From the sequence record NZ_CP043850.1: DNA of 64,000 bases. One strand, given 5' to 3'. The stretch is from a plasmid. The notes below the pieces were generated by a model. That model worked only from the letters and a program-made list of their open reading frames with translations, had not been told where the DNA came from and searched no databases. Position 1 is the first letter of the stretch, and each line of letters starts with the position of its first letter. Position numbers and translations under genes: made by a program. Shown here one piece after another: positions 17,180 to 26,200 of this stretch.

Positions 17180-17947
17180 TCAGGACTTCCCCTTCTCTGC
17201 CTTGCGCGCCTGCTGGCGTAGCTCAGCGGCATGGATCCGTTGCGCCTGACGTTGGCGGCGGCGCTGACGCTGGGCCGGCTGTGCGAACACAGCCTCGGCA
17301 GCGTCGCAGAGCAGTTCCGCGAGCTCGCCGATCTCCTGTGCGGAGTAGTCCACCCCGTGATGCAGCGCTTCACGCCCCACCAGTCGCGCGTCGGTGAACG
17401 TCGCTTTGAGTTCCTCCACCAGGCTCGGGTCCACCTCCGCCAGGTTCGGGTCCTCCTCCAGCCACTGGACGAACTGGTTGACCTTCGCCGGAATGTCCCG
17501 GCCCGTCACCCTGGAATCCAGCATCGCCTCGGCGGCGGAGCGATAGAGGCCCCCCGCGGCGCGAAGTGCTCCCACCGATTCGCAGACCCCGGCTTCCTGG
17601 AAGAACGAGGCCATGAGCTCTGGTGCTTCATCCGGCAGTCTTCGGGCAGAGCCTGGCGGGTCGATCACCCTGCGCTCCACCACCCCCACTCCCGGCGCTT
17701 CCTCTCCTGTGGAGGTCATGCCGAAGGTGTCCATGAGGATCACCAGGCCAGCGCACGCGCGGCACCGGATCGCAATGATCTCCTTGGTGTCTGGATCGAC
17801 CTCCCGAGTCGAAGTGATGCGTTCCCAGTCGGTATCCGTGAAGTCCACGACCTCCGGTTCCAGTTGAATCCGCCCGTCGACATCGAAGGTCGAGACTTCC
17901 CCGCAGTAGGGGCAGGCTGCCACGTCATGCTTGAAGACAGAGCTCAT
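17180..17947 (-). CDS. Zinc-ribbon protein with a C-terminal DUF4145-like domain
   Basis: RBS CAGGAGGGACCCC before the ATG at 17947. CPYCG..CRAC zinc ribbon. The C-terminal ..ARLVGREALHHG resembles the DUF4145 consensus LRxxGNxAAH. Confidence 0.5.
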   Translation of the reverse strand: MSSVFKHDVAACPYCGEVSTFDVDGRIQLEPEVVDFTDTDWERITSTREVDPDTKEIIAIRCRACAGLVILMDTFGMTSTGEEAPGVGVVERRVIDPPGSARRLPDEAPELMASFFQEAGVCESVGALRAAGGLYRSAAEAMLDSRVTGRDIPAKVNQFVQWLEEDPNLAEVDPSLVEELKATFTDARLVGREALHHGVDYSAQEIGELAELLCDAAEAVFAQPAQRQRRRQRQAQRIHAAELRQQARKAEKGKS

Positions 17948-18396
17948 GGACGGGGTCCCTCCTGAATCTTCTCGCGGCGGGCGACGCGGGCACTGCGCAA
18001 CGCCCCGGGACGGGGAGAGGTCTCTTGGCGGTGCTCGAGGTAGTCGATGACGTCCGGCTCGCACCACAGGCGCCCGCGCACGACGGCGCGGGGGAAGGCC
18101 TTGTCACGCTGGCGGGTGGAGCGGCCGGTGGTCTCGGACACGCCCATCAACTCGGTGATCCGCGGTTCGGCGACCAGGCCGATCACGCGCGGGTCCAGGC
18201 CGGCGGAGCGGATCTGTTCGGCGGCCGCGCGGATGCGTCGGCGCCGGGGCTCGTCGGCGGCCGCGTAGGACTCGGCCCCCAGCAAGCGGGCCAGCAGGTC
18301 CAGCAGCACCACGGGGGGCTGGTAGGGGCCGAGCTGAGCGGCCGGGTCGAGCTCCTCCTGCCATCGCCTGACCGGTGGGTGGGGCGTCACTTCCAT
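17944..18396 (-). CDS. Excisionase/AlpA-like helix-turn-helix DNA-binding protein
   Basis: HTH ITELMGVSETTGRSTRQRDKAFPRAV. Its stop overlaps the downstream gene's start by 4 bp (ATGA). Confidence 0.45.
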   Translation of the reverse strand: MEVTPHPPVRRWQEELDPAAQLGPYQPPVVLLDLLARLLGAESYAAADEPRRRRIRAAAEQIRSAGLDPRVIGLVAEPRITELMGVSETTGRSTRQRDKAFPRAVVRGRLWCEPDVIDYLEHRQETSPRPGALRSARVARREKIQEGPRP

Positions 18397-19178
18397 CTAC
18401 TGGTGCCTCCTCGGCGTCCCCACCGGCGGGTGCCGGCGGCGTCCTGGGCCACGCGTTCCTCCTTGGATCGGGTGGCGTTGAAGGTGGTCAGGGACAACCC
18501 AACCAGCTGTCCTTGGGCCACGGAGTCCTGGGCGTAGCGGTCTCCGACCTGGGAGGAGACCCAGGCCTTCACGCTGCCTCCGCTGCGGGAGCGGATGTCC
18601 GCGACGATGTCGTTGGAGAGGTACCCGCCCTTGGAGCCGACGTCGAAGGTGCGGGTCTGACCGCCTCCGATGTCGACGGTGGCCCGCACGCGCACGCGCT
18701 TGTCCGCCCATCGGGTGCCGCGGGCAATGTTGGTCAGCTTGGTGCGCATCTCCCGGTCCGCAGCATCCCGGGCAGCCGGGCCGCGGCCCTTGGGCACCAC
18801 GATGTGGTGGATGCGGTTGCCGTCGGGCAGGTGGACGGTCTCGGAGCGGTAGGCGCCCACGGAGCGCCCGGTGCCGCCCGGGCGGGTGTCCCTGGGGGTG
18901 ATCGTGGGCTTCTTGGCCCCTGCCTTGGCTCGCACGGGCACCAGCTTGCCGGCGGCGTTGCGGCGGCGGGGCGGGGCTGCCGAGACGGTGCCTCGCTCGT
19001 AGAGCTCGGTCAGCGCCCCGCGGTAGGACTCCCCGGAGCTCTCCCCGCGGGCGATCTTCTGGATCATGCGAGGGGAGCGGTTCATGGCCGCGCCCATCTC
19101 CTTCCAGGTCAGCCCGTAGGCTTCGCGGGAGCGCTGGACTAGCTCTGCAGGGCTGAGCTGCTCGGTGGGCTCACTCAC
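18387..19178 (-). CDS. HTH-domain protein (263 aa), likely a regulator within the Rep operon
   Basis: N-terminal HTH-like GLTWKEMGAAMNRSPRMIQKIARGE. Overlaps the start of the downstream gene. Confidence 0.5.
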   Translation of the reverse strand: MSEPTEQLSPAELVQRSREAYGLTWKEMGAAMNRSPRMIQKIARGESSGESYRGALTELYERGTVSAAPPRRRNAAGKLVPVRAKAGAKKPTITPRDTRPGGTGRSVGAYRSETVHLPDGNRIHHIVVPKGRGPAARDAADREMRTKLTNIARGTRWADKRVRVRATVDIGGGQTRTFDVGSKGGYLSNDIVADIRSRSGGSVKAWVSSQVGDRYAQDSVAQGQLVGLSLTTFNATRSKEERVAQDAAGTRRWGRRGGTSRWK

Positions 19179-20925
19179 CGGCGTCCTCCTCCCCCGGCAG
19201 GTAGCCGGCGCCGTCGTCGTCGGGGCGACTCTGCAGCTCGAACTCGGAGTAGGCGGCGTCCACGCCGGTGGCCGCGGCCTTGCGGCGCAGCTTGTTGCGT
19301 TCGGCTTCGTTGGTGGGGATCTTCATCGGACCCTCAAGGTAGCCCTGCAGGCGCATCCGCCCCACCCGGCCGTCGTCGGCGCCGCCGCGCTCCACGGGCA
19401 GGGACCACTGCGGGATCTGCGTGGTGTAGATCGCGTCTCCGCGCACCCCGAGCAGGGTCTGGGGCGGCACGTGCAGGGCACCGCCGTACTGCCCGTCGGC
19501 CATGGGCCCGGAGAGCATGCGCGCCCGGGCCCGGCCCCAGACCTGCATGGCCAGCTCGGGGTGGTAGTAGCGCTCGGCCTGGGAGTTCCAACGGGCCTTC
19601 TCCGTCCAGATGAAGGCCTTGCCGCGCTGGTTGACGTCGGCGGCGTCGGCGGGGATCTCCTTGGGGTCAAAGGTGACATGGGTCTGATCGCGGCCTCGGG
19701 AGGCGAAGTTGCCGACGGTGTTGATCAGGATTGAACGCAGCGCCGCGGTGACGGCGGCCTTGATGGTCTCGGACATCATCGCGTCGGCCGCGACCGCGGC
19801 ACGGGCCTCGGTCAGGCGCGCCTGCCAGGTGTCCAGGGGGCGGGCAGCGGTGAGGCGGTTGCGATCGCGTGCGGCCGGGGTACGGGTGTTGAACACCACC
19901 GACTCGATCGGGTCGACCTGCCAGCCGAAGCGCTGGGCCACGTGCCACTCGGCCGCGTCGATCCAGGTGTGTCCGGTGGCTCCGGGGCGGTTGGGCCAGT
20001 ACCAGCCCTCGCGCACGCTCTCGTGACGGACCCCGAAGATCCCGATGTGGTTCCAGTCCTGGGGGACGGTGAAGCTCACGTGGATGCGGGCGCGGGCGTA
20101 GGGGTTCTCCCGCAGCAGGTCCGCGGTGGCGGCCCGGTTCAGCCGTTCCCCGGGGCCCACGCCGAGCTCGGAGCAGACGGCGGCGTACATGAACCTGCCG
20201 TCGACGTAGGCGAACCCGTCGATCTTGGGGGTCGTGTCCGGGTTGAGCAGGGGGATGCAGTCCTCGTGAGGGTCGGAGGACTCCCCGGCCACGAGGTGCT
20301 CGACGTGGTGCTGCCCGGAGGTACGGTGCATCTCCTCTGCGATGTCCGGGGCCAGCGGATAGGGCTCGAGGTTCTTGGGCAGGGACAGGGCCCAGAGGTT
20401 GCTGCCGGTGGCTGTGGGGGTGTCCATCAGCTTCCCGTCCCGGAACTTGGCCTCGATGATGTTCCCGAGCGCCTGCCAGGCCAGACGGGCCTGCTCAGGC
20501 GTCACGGGGGTGTCGCCGAACCAGGTGCTGGCCGCGGCGACTTGGATGCGCTTGCCGGTCTGGCGATGCTCGAACCGGCCCACCGGCGGCGAGCCCATGA
20601 AGTGGCCCGCGTCGATCCAACCGGGAGTCTGCACGAGCAGCCAGTGGCGCTGACCGCGGTCGATCATGGGGACCTTGCCGGTGAACATGATCCGGTCCAC
20701 CCCGACGGCCGCGGCGGTGTCGAGCATGTCGGTCAGGTTCGGATTCTTCCGGCGCGGGCCGATCTTGGGAGGCACGGTGGTGCCGTTGTCGAGCACACCG
20801 CGGCCAGTGACGTAGTCCGCCCAGAGGTTCTTCCGCTCGCCCAGATGACGGTACGGCGCCGGGCGGAAGGTGGGGCGGCGCTCCTGCTCGCGCATCGCGC
20901 CGCCCTGGAACTTGCGGTAGGCCAT
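19171..20925 (-). CDS. Putative plasmid/element replication initiator (Rep)-like protein, 584 aa
   Basis: Large conserved-looking ORF with RBS GAGGAGG and a palindromic operator upstream. The family assignment is uncertain and is made by size and context only. Confidence 0.35.
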   Translation of the reverse strand: MAYRKFQGGAMREQERRPTFRPAPYRHLGERKNLWADYVTGRGVLDNGTTVPPKIGPRRKNPNLTDMLDTAAAVGVDRIMFTGKVPMIDRGQRHWLLVQTPGWIDAGHFMGSPPVGRFEHRQTGKRIQVAAASTWFGDTPVTPEQARLAWQALGNIIEAKFRDGKLMDTPTATGSNLWALSLPKNLEPYPLAPDIAEEMHRTSGQHHVEHLVAGESSDPHEDCIPLLNPDTTPKIDGFAYVDGRFMYAAVCSELGVGPGERLNRAATADLLRENPYARARIHVSFTVPQDWNHIGIFGVRHESVREGWYWPNRPGATGHTWIDAAEWHVAQRFGWQVDPIESVVFNTRTPAARDRNRLTAARPLDTWQARLTEARAAVAADAMMSETIKAAVTAALRSILINTVGNFASRGRDQTHVTFDPKEIPADAADVNQRGKAFIWTEKARWNSQAERYYHPELAMQVWGRARARMLSGPMADGQYGGALHVPPQTLLGVRGDAIYTTQIPQWSLPVERGGADDGRVGRMRLQGYLEGPMKIPTNEAERNKLRRKAAATGVDAAYSEFELQSRPDDDGAGYLPGEEDAGE

Positions 20926-20953
20926 GGGGAACCTCCTCGGCGATCTGACAGTT

Positions 20954-20980
20954 AGAACAACTCTACATTGTCCTAATGCC
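20954..20980. promoter_or_regulatory. Palindromic operator TTAGAACAA-N7-TTGTCCTAA in the rep upstream region
   Basis: 9-bp inverted repeat with 8/9 matches, in an AT-richer intergenic region. Confidence 0.45.
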
Positions 20981-21069
20981 AGTCGGGTAGTAGTTCCAGG
21001 GCATCGAGCTGGCCGGCGAGCACCGGGGTGGGCTCGCCGGCCGGCTGCTGTTCGGTCTCGGGGTGTTTC

Positions 21070-21939
21070 TCAGTGCGCATGGGCCAGGTCTGCGAGCGGG
21101 ACGGTGCCCCACAGGGAGGTGTGGACCACCGTGGAGCCGCAGTCGACCATAGTCGGGCCGAGGTGGTGGGCGATGCCCCGGCAGGCGACGGCCAAGTGCA
21201 GGCCCGCGGCCCGTCCCAGTCGGGCGATGCTGATCAGAGCAGCTTCGGCCTGGTCAGCCCCGGGATGGCCCTGAGCGCCCAGATCGGCCCAGCGCTGGCG
21301 CAGGTCCTCGTAGTCGTCCAGGACCAGGACGATCGGCTGCACCTGCTGCGGACACTCCTGGGCCAGCTGAGCCTGCTCCATCAGCTGGTAGCGCTGCTCC
21401 ATCAGCTGGTAGCGCTGCTCCATCAGCTCGTAGGCGCTGGTGATCCGCTCGAGCTGGTCTTCGACGTCGGCGGTGCACACCTGCACGCGGTGATCTCCCG
21501 GGGCGCAGCAGCGGGCGTCGACTCCGACGGCCCACCCCTGCCAACCGGCGCCGGCGACTGCCTGCAGGACCCGGCCGAGCATGGCTGACTTGCCACTGCC
21601 CCGGTCACCGACCACCAGCAGGTTGCCGCTGGTCGGAGTCCACTGCAGGGGCTCGTCAGCCTCGATCTGACCGAGCTCGAAGCAGGGGTTCACGGCCTGG
21701 GCACGGTCGTGGCGCCGCTTGGCCTCGGTGAGCTTCTCGGTGTCCACTCCCGGCCACATCTGCCCGGTGGCGGTGTCCTCCAGGACCGGGACGGTGGTGA
21801 ACCCTGCCTCCTTGAGCCGGGCGGCGGCGGCCGGGTCCTGGGTGATGTCCACCTCGGTGAAGGGCAGGTCCATGGTGGTCAGGCGGCGCTTGAGGCCGGC
21901 GCAGGGGCCGCAGCCGGGGCGGGTGTAGAGCATCAGCAT
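21070..21939 (-). CDS. Glutaredoxin-like (NrdH-type CGPC) domain fused to a P-loop NTPase, containing a YQLMEQR heptad tandem repeat
   Basis: N-terminal YTRPGCGPCAGLK..TVPVL glutaredoxin fold. Walker A GDRGSGKS and Walker B VLVLDDYED. A 21-bp tandem repeat x2.5 lies at 21370-21430. Confidence 0.5.
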   Translation of the reverse strand: MLMLYTRPGCGPCAGLKRRLTTMDLPFTEVDITQDPAAAARLKEAGFTTVPVLEDTATGQMWPGVDTEKLTEAKRRHDRAQAVNPCFELGQIEADEPLQWTPTSGNLLVVGDRGSGKSAMLGRVLQAVAGAGWQGWAVGVDARCCAPGDHRVQVCTADVEDQLERITSAYELMEQRYQLMEQRYQLMEQAQLAQECPQQVQPIVLVLDDYEDLRQRWADLGAQGHPGADQAEAALISIARLGRAAGLHLAVACRGIAHHLGPTMVDCGSTVVHTSLWGTVPLADLAHAH

Positions 21940-22014
21940 GATCGTGCCTTTCGGTGGGGCAGGCGTCGGGGGTCGGGGCCTGCTGATGGCGGGCGCCTCG
22001 TCCGGGGCGCCTCA

Positions 22015-22662
22015 TCATGCAGAAGGCCCGTCGGGGGCGCGGATGTCCCTTCCTGGGCGGTGGTGTTCTTCGGCAGGGGGTGTCGCCGAGAGCACCAGGT
22101 GCCCGGCTGGGGCCTGATCGGTGCTGGGGAGCACCTGCACGCCAGCGTCCACGAGGATGGCCACGATGGGGTGGTCCATCTCAAGGCCATCCAGCGTGAG
22201 CACCGGCAACGCCGAGCGCTCCTGGGGCTCGATCTCCGCGGCAGGGGTGTCGCCGAGCTCGACGGCGGGGGTGTCGTCGAGGTGGGGTGTCGGATCGGGG
22301 TCCGGGTCGGCGGCTGGCGTGGGACCGGGGGCGCCGGGCGGGGTGGGGGTCTCGGCGGCGGGGGCGAGGAGCTCTCCGGCCTTGGTGCGCAGTCGTTGCA
22401 GGGAGGGCCCGTGGCCGGCGGAGATGACCTTGGTGGTGTCGGCCATGGTCAGGGCTTGGGCCAGTCCGGTGTGGTCGCTCCTGGCCAGCAGCGTGGCGGT
22501 GAGCAGTCCGACGCGGCCGGCCTTGCCGGCGTCGTGCCCGGGGTCCCCCGGCACGGGGTGAGAGTGGATGATCGTGTCGATGTCGGTGTGGCGCAGCCCG
22601 GCCGTGAGCACCGCGGTCAGTGCGCGTCGGTCGCGGACGGTGAAGATCCGGGTCCGAGGCAT
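22015..22662 (-). CDS. Hypothetical protein (~215 aa)
   Basis: ATG at 22662 with a weak RBS. No recognisable domain. Confidence 0.35.
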   Translation of the reverse strand: MPRTRIFTVRDRRALTAVLTAGLRHTDIDTIIHSHPVPGDPGHDAGKAGRVGLLTATLLARSDHTGLAQALTMADTTKVISAGHGPSLQRLRTKAGELLAPAAETPTPPGAPGPTPAADPDPDPTPHLDDTPAVELGDTPAAEIEPQERSALPVLTLDGLEMDHPIVAILVDAGVQVLPSTDQAPAGHLVLSATPPAEEHHRPGRDIRAPDGPSA

Positions 22663-22676
22663 GGGCTGATCGTAGG

Positions 22677-23285
22677 TCAGGCGGTCAGCAGCAGCACGAG
22701 CAGAACGATCAGGTGCCCGCCGACCAGGTAGGGGCCCAGGGGGATCTTCTCGTGGCGGCGGCCGGTGAGCAGCCGCGGGATGGCCGCGAGTGTCGCGGCG
22801 AGCAGGTAGGACAGGGTCACGGCCAGCACCCACGCTCCGGGACCATGGACGCCCAGGCCGACAGCGGCTGCGGTGACGAACTTGACGTCGCCCATGCCGG
22901 TGCCCCCGAGCAGGTGCAGGGAGGTGAAGATGACCGCTGCTGCCCCGGTCAGCGCCAGGGCCGTGAGCGCGGCGGCCTGCCCGCCGGCGGCGGCCACGCC
23001 CGCCGCGGCGCCGAGGTGGATCAGGGCCAGGGCGGCGACGGCCCAGTTCGGTATCCGGTGCACGGCCCGGTCGACCCGCCCGATGTAGATGCCCAGTGGG
23101 ACCAAGGCGATCAGGCAGATGAGCAGGTGTGACTGGGCGAGACTGAGCTGCTCGGTCGCGGCGAGGGCGGGCACGCCGGCCGCGGCCGTCAACGCCCCGC
23201 CGGCACCGATCCCGCGCCGTACGGCCGTGGGGGGCAGCGGGTACGGCGCCGGGCCGGTGGCGGCGGGGGCCTCAGGATGCGACAC
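22677..23285 (-). CDS. Prepilin (Flp leader) peptidase, A24 family, TadV/CpaA-like
   Basis: Polytopic membrane protein with a GMGDVKF motif (GGGDVKL consensus). The GTG start overlaps the stop of the upstream gene. Confidence 0.6.
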   Translation of the reverse strand: MSHPEAPAATGPAPYPLPPTAVRRGIGAGGALTAAAGVPALAATEQLSLAQSHLLICLIALVPLGIYIGRVDRAVHRIPNWAVAALALIHLGAAAGVAAAGGQAAALTALALTGAAAVIFTSLHLLGGTGMGDVKFVTAAAVGLGVHGPGAWVLAVTLSYLLAATLAAIPRLLTGRRHEKIPLGPYLVGGHLIVLLVLLLTA

Positions 23286-26200
23286 GGTAGCCGTGGTTCC
23301 TGAGCTGCTCGATGAGCTCGGCGGTCTCTTCCTCCGGCTCCAGCCCGTCCTCGAAGTCCTCGAGGTAGGCGTGGAGCCCCTCGACCAGGCGGGCGACCTC
23401 GTCGCGGCGGCCGGCGGCGGCCTCGGCGAGCATCGCATCGCGCCAGGCGGCCTCGTTGGCCGGGTCCACGGCGCGCGCGGCGCGCGCGGCCAGGCGGGCA
23501 TGCTCGGTGTTGCCGGAGGCCAGGGAGCGGGCGACGAGCTCGTGAGCGGCGTCGCAGATGCGCTGGGTCATCTGCTGCACCAACTCGTCCGCCCAGGCGA
23601 TGTTCCTGGGCTTGGCGTGAGCGAAGGGCTCTCCGCGGACCAGCTGCATCGCTGCCAGCAGCGAGGGCGTGGAGGCGGTGACCGGGTCGGCGCCGACGAG
23701 CTCCTGGAAGACCTGCCAGTCAGTCAGCACGGACTCGTCCAGCCGGTAGCCCTCGGTGGTGGTCACGGCCGGGAAGTACACGGTCCCGTCCTCGGCCTGG
23801 CCCAGCAGGCGCCGGGTGTGCGTGGCCAGCTTGTTCCGGTTCGAGGAGGCTGCACTGCCCTCGGGGCGGGCGTTGGGCCAGAACGCGGCGTGGACCTGCT
23901 CAGCGGTGGCCCCGGGGTGCAGCGACAAGAACGCGGCCAGCGCCACACACCGGGCTTCCTGGGCCTGGGAGACCTTGCCGTTGGACGCGCTGATCGGCGC
24001 GGTGCCGCGGGCGCCGATGACCTTCATCTCGCCCAGCAGCCGGATCATCGGCGCGCCGGAGTGCTTCTGCTCGAGCATCTGGGCGGCGTCCCGTTCGAGG
24101 TCGTCCTTGGGGCTCTGGGCAGAGAGCTGGCTGACCGTGGCCGCAGGAGCACGCTGTTCCTGGTCGGCAGTGTCCAGCTGACCCGCCGGCGCCTGGTCCT
24201 GGTCCTGGGCGTCTTCCTCGGCCGACTCGCGGGTGGCCTGCTCGGGCTCCTGCTGATGGTCTGCGGCATCCGGGGCTGCGTCGTCTTCAGGCTCGGCGGC
24301 TCCTTCAGTCGGCGCCTGCTCGGCAGGGGTGTCGCCGAGCTCGGCGGGGTCCTGGGTGGGGGTGTCGCCGAGCTCGTCCTGGGCTGGCTGCTCCGCGGTG
24401 GTCTCGAGCTGGGGGGCAGTCTCCTCAGGGGTCTGCTCCTCGACCACGGGCTGCAGGTCCTGGTCGTCGAGCTCGCCGGCCGGGTCCTGGGCGTCTTCTG
24501 TCTGCTCAGCGGGGATCAGGTACTGATCCAGGGTGCGCTCTTCGGCGGCACTGATGCTCACCTGCGGGATCTGCTCGGTCCGCTCTTCGTCCTGGTCAGC
24601 TGCGGGCTCGTGCGGGTCAGGAACCGCCGTCAGGTGCTTGCTCGGGTTCAGCACCTCGGCCGGGTCGATGCGTGTGGAGGTCTTCCCGGTGTCCTGGGGC
24701 TGCTGCAGGGCGGTGGCCAACACCTGAGTGATCTGGTCGGTCTCCTCGGGAGTGACCAGCTGCGGGCGCAGGTGCTGGCCGGTGGGCTGCAGGTCAGCGT
24801 TGCGCTCGTCCTCCAGGGTCAGCACCCACTGTGCGTCCAGGGGGTTCGAGGTCGTCACCGCCGCGATGCCCAGATGCGGGATCGCCGCGGCCAGCTCGTT
24901 GATCTGTCGGGCCTGGTCCTGGTCCGGGTGCAGTCCCAGCAACACGATCTCGGGGGCCCAATCGCCCTCAGCGCTCATGGACTTGGCCTCGTCCAGGTTC
25001 GCGGCGCCCTGCTCGGTGAGCGCGGCACGGGTGTCCTCGGCCTTGCCCTGGAGCAGGCGGATCAGGTGGTCCAGGTCGTCGATCTGACGCACCCGGTCTC
25101 CGCCGACGACCGAGGCCAAGCCCGGGGCGACGCCGACCAGCGTGACCTGCACGTTCTCGCTCCAGGCTGCCGTGGCCAGCTCCACGGCCATGGCATCGAG
25201 CACCTGCGGCGCCAGCTGCGGGTCGCCCTCGATGCCCAGCGTGCCCAGCCGCTCCAGGTCCAGCAGGACCTGAGCGTCCGTGTCGTCCTGGCCCACGGTG
25301 ACCAGGCCCGGCCAGGGGGCGCTGGGCAGATCCGCATCCAACTCGATCGCCCCGGACTGCAGGGTCCACACCGTGCCGTCCTCAGCGGCGGCCACGAACG
25401 GGGCCGGCAGCTGCGCCGGACCCATCAGGTACAGCGCGATCTCCTGGGCCGAGACGCGTACCAGAAACAGCTCCGGCAAGGTCGTGCCGGACTGCTGGGC
25501 CCAGCGGGCCAGCCATCTCTGCACGACGTCGAGCTCGTCTGCCTGCTCAGCTTCGGCGACGACCTTCAGCTGCGCCTCGATCTGGGCATGCTCTGCCTCG
25601 GGCATCGGCACCTGCTGGCCCGGACGCCGGCGCCGGCGCTGCATCGCCCGACGTGCGCCCAGCACACCAAGCAGTCCCGCAGCGGCGAAGGCGCCGATCC
25701 CGCCCAGGGTGGACCACTCCACCTGTTCGGGCTGCGCGGTCTCTGCCTCGGCCCGATCTGAGCCCGGCTGATCCGGGGCGACCGCGAACGCTGCCCCGGG
25801 CACCGGCGAGGCCTCCTGGTCCGGGGCCGGGGACTGTTCGCGCTCGCTCTGCGGGACGACTTCGCCGGGGACACTCGCCGGCGGCGTTGCCGGTACCTGC
25901 TCGGATGCAGGAGCCTGCTCTGTGGCCGGGGCCGACTCGCTGGCCGTGGCCTCGGATGCGACGTCGGGCTGGTCCGTGGCCTGATCGGTGGGAGCCGTCC
26001 TCTGCCCACTGGATGCGGTCTGATCGCCGGGCAGTTCCACGGTCCATCCGACGTAAATGAGGTTGGGGTCGCTCATCGTTGTCCCGTCAGCCTGGGGGCG
26101 GTTCTTGAGCCCTTCGGCCAACTCGCTCCACCGTGAACCGTCGCCAAGCTTCTGCTCGGCCACGCCCCAGAGGGTGTCTCCGGTCTGGATGGTGTACTGC

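Noticed and set aside
18375-20955. Plus-strand ORFs 18375..19142, 19165..19734 and 19942..20955
   Set aside because: They lie opposite the HTH/Rep operon genes on the minus strand. Their translations are Gly/Ala/Val-rich low-complexity sequence and they lack RBSs.
23089-25761. 890-aa plus-strand ORF
   Set aside because: It is antisense to the LysM–SARP gene. The minus-strand product has recognisable LysM and wHTH motifs.
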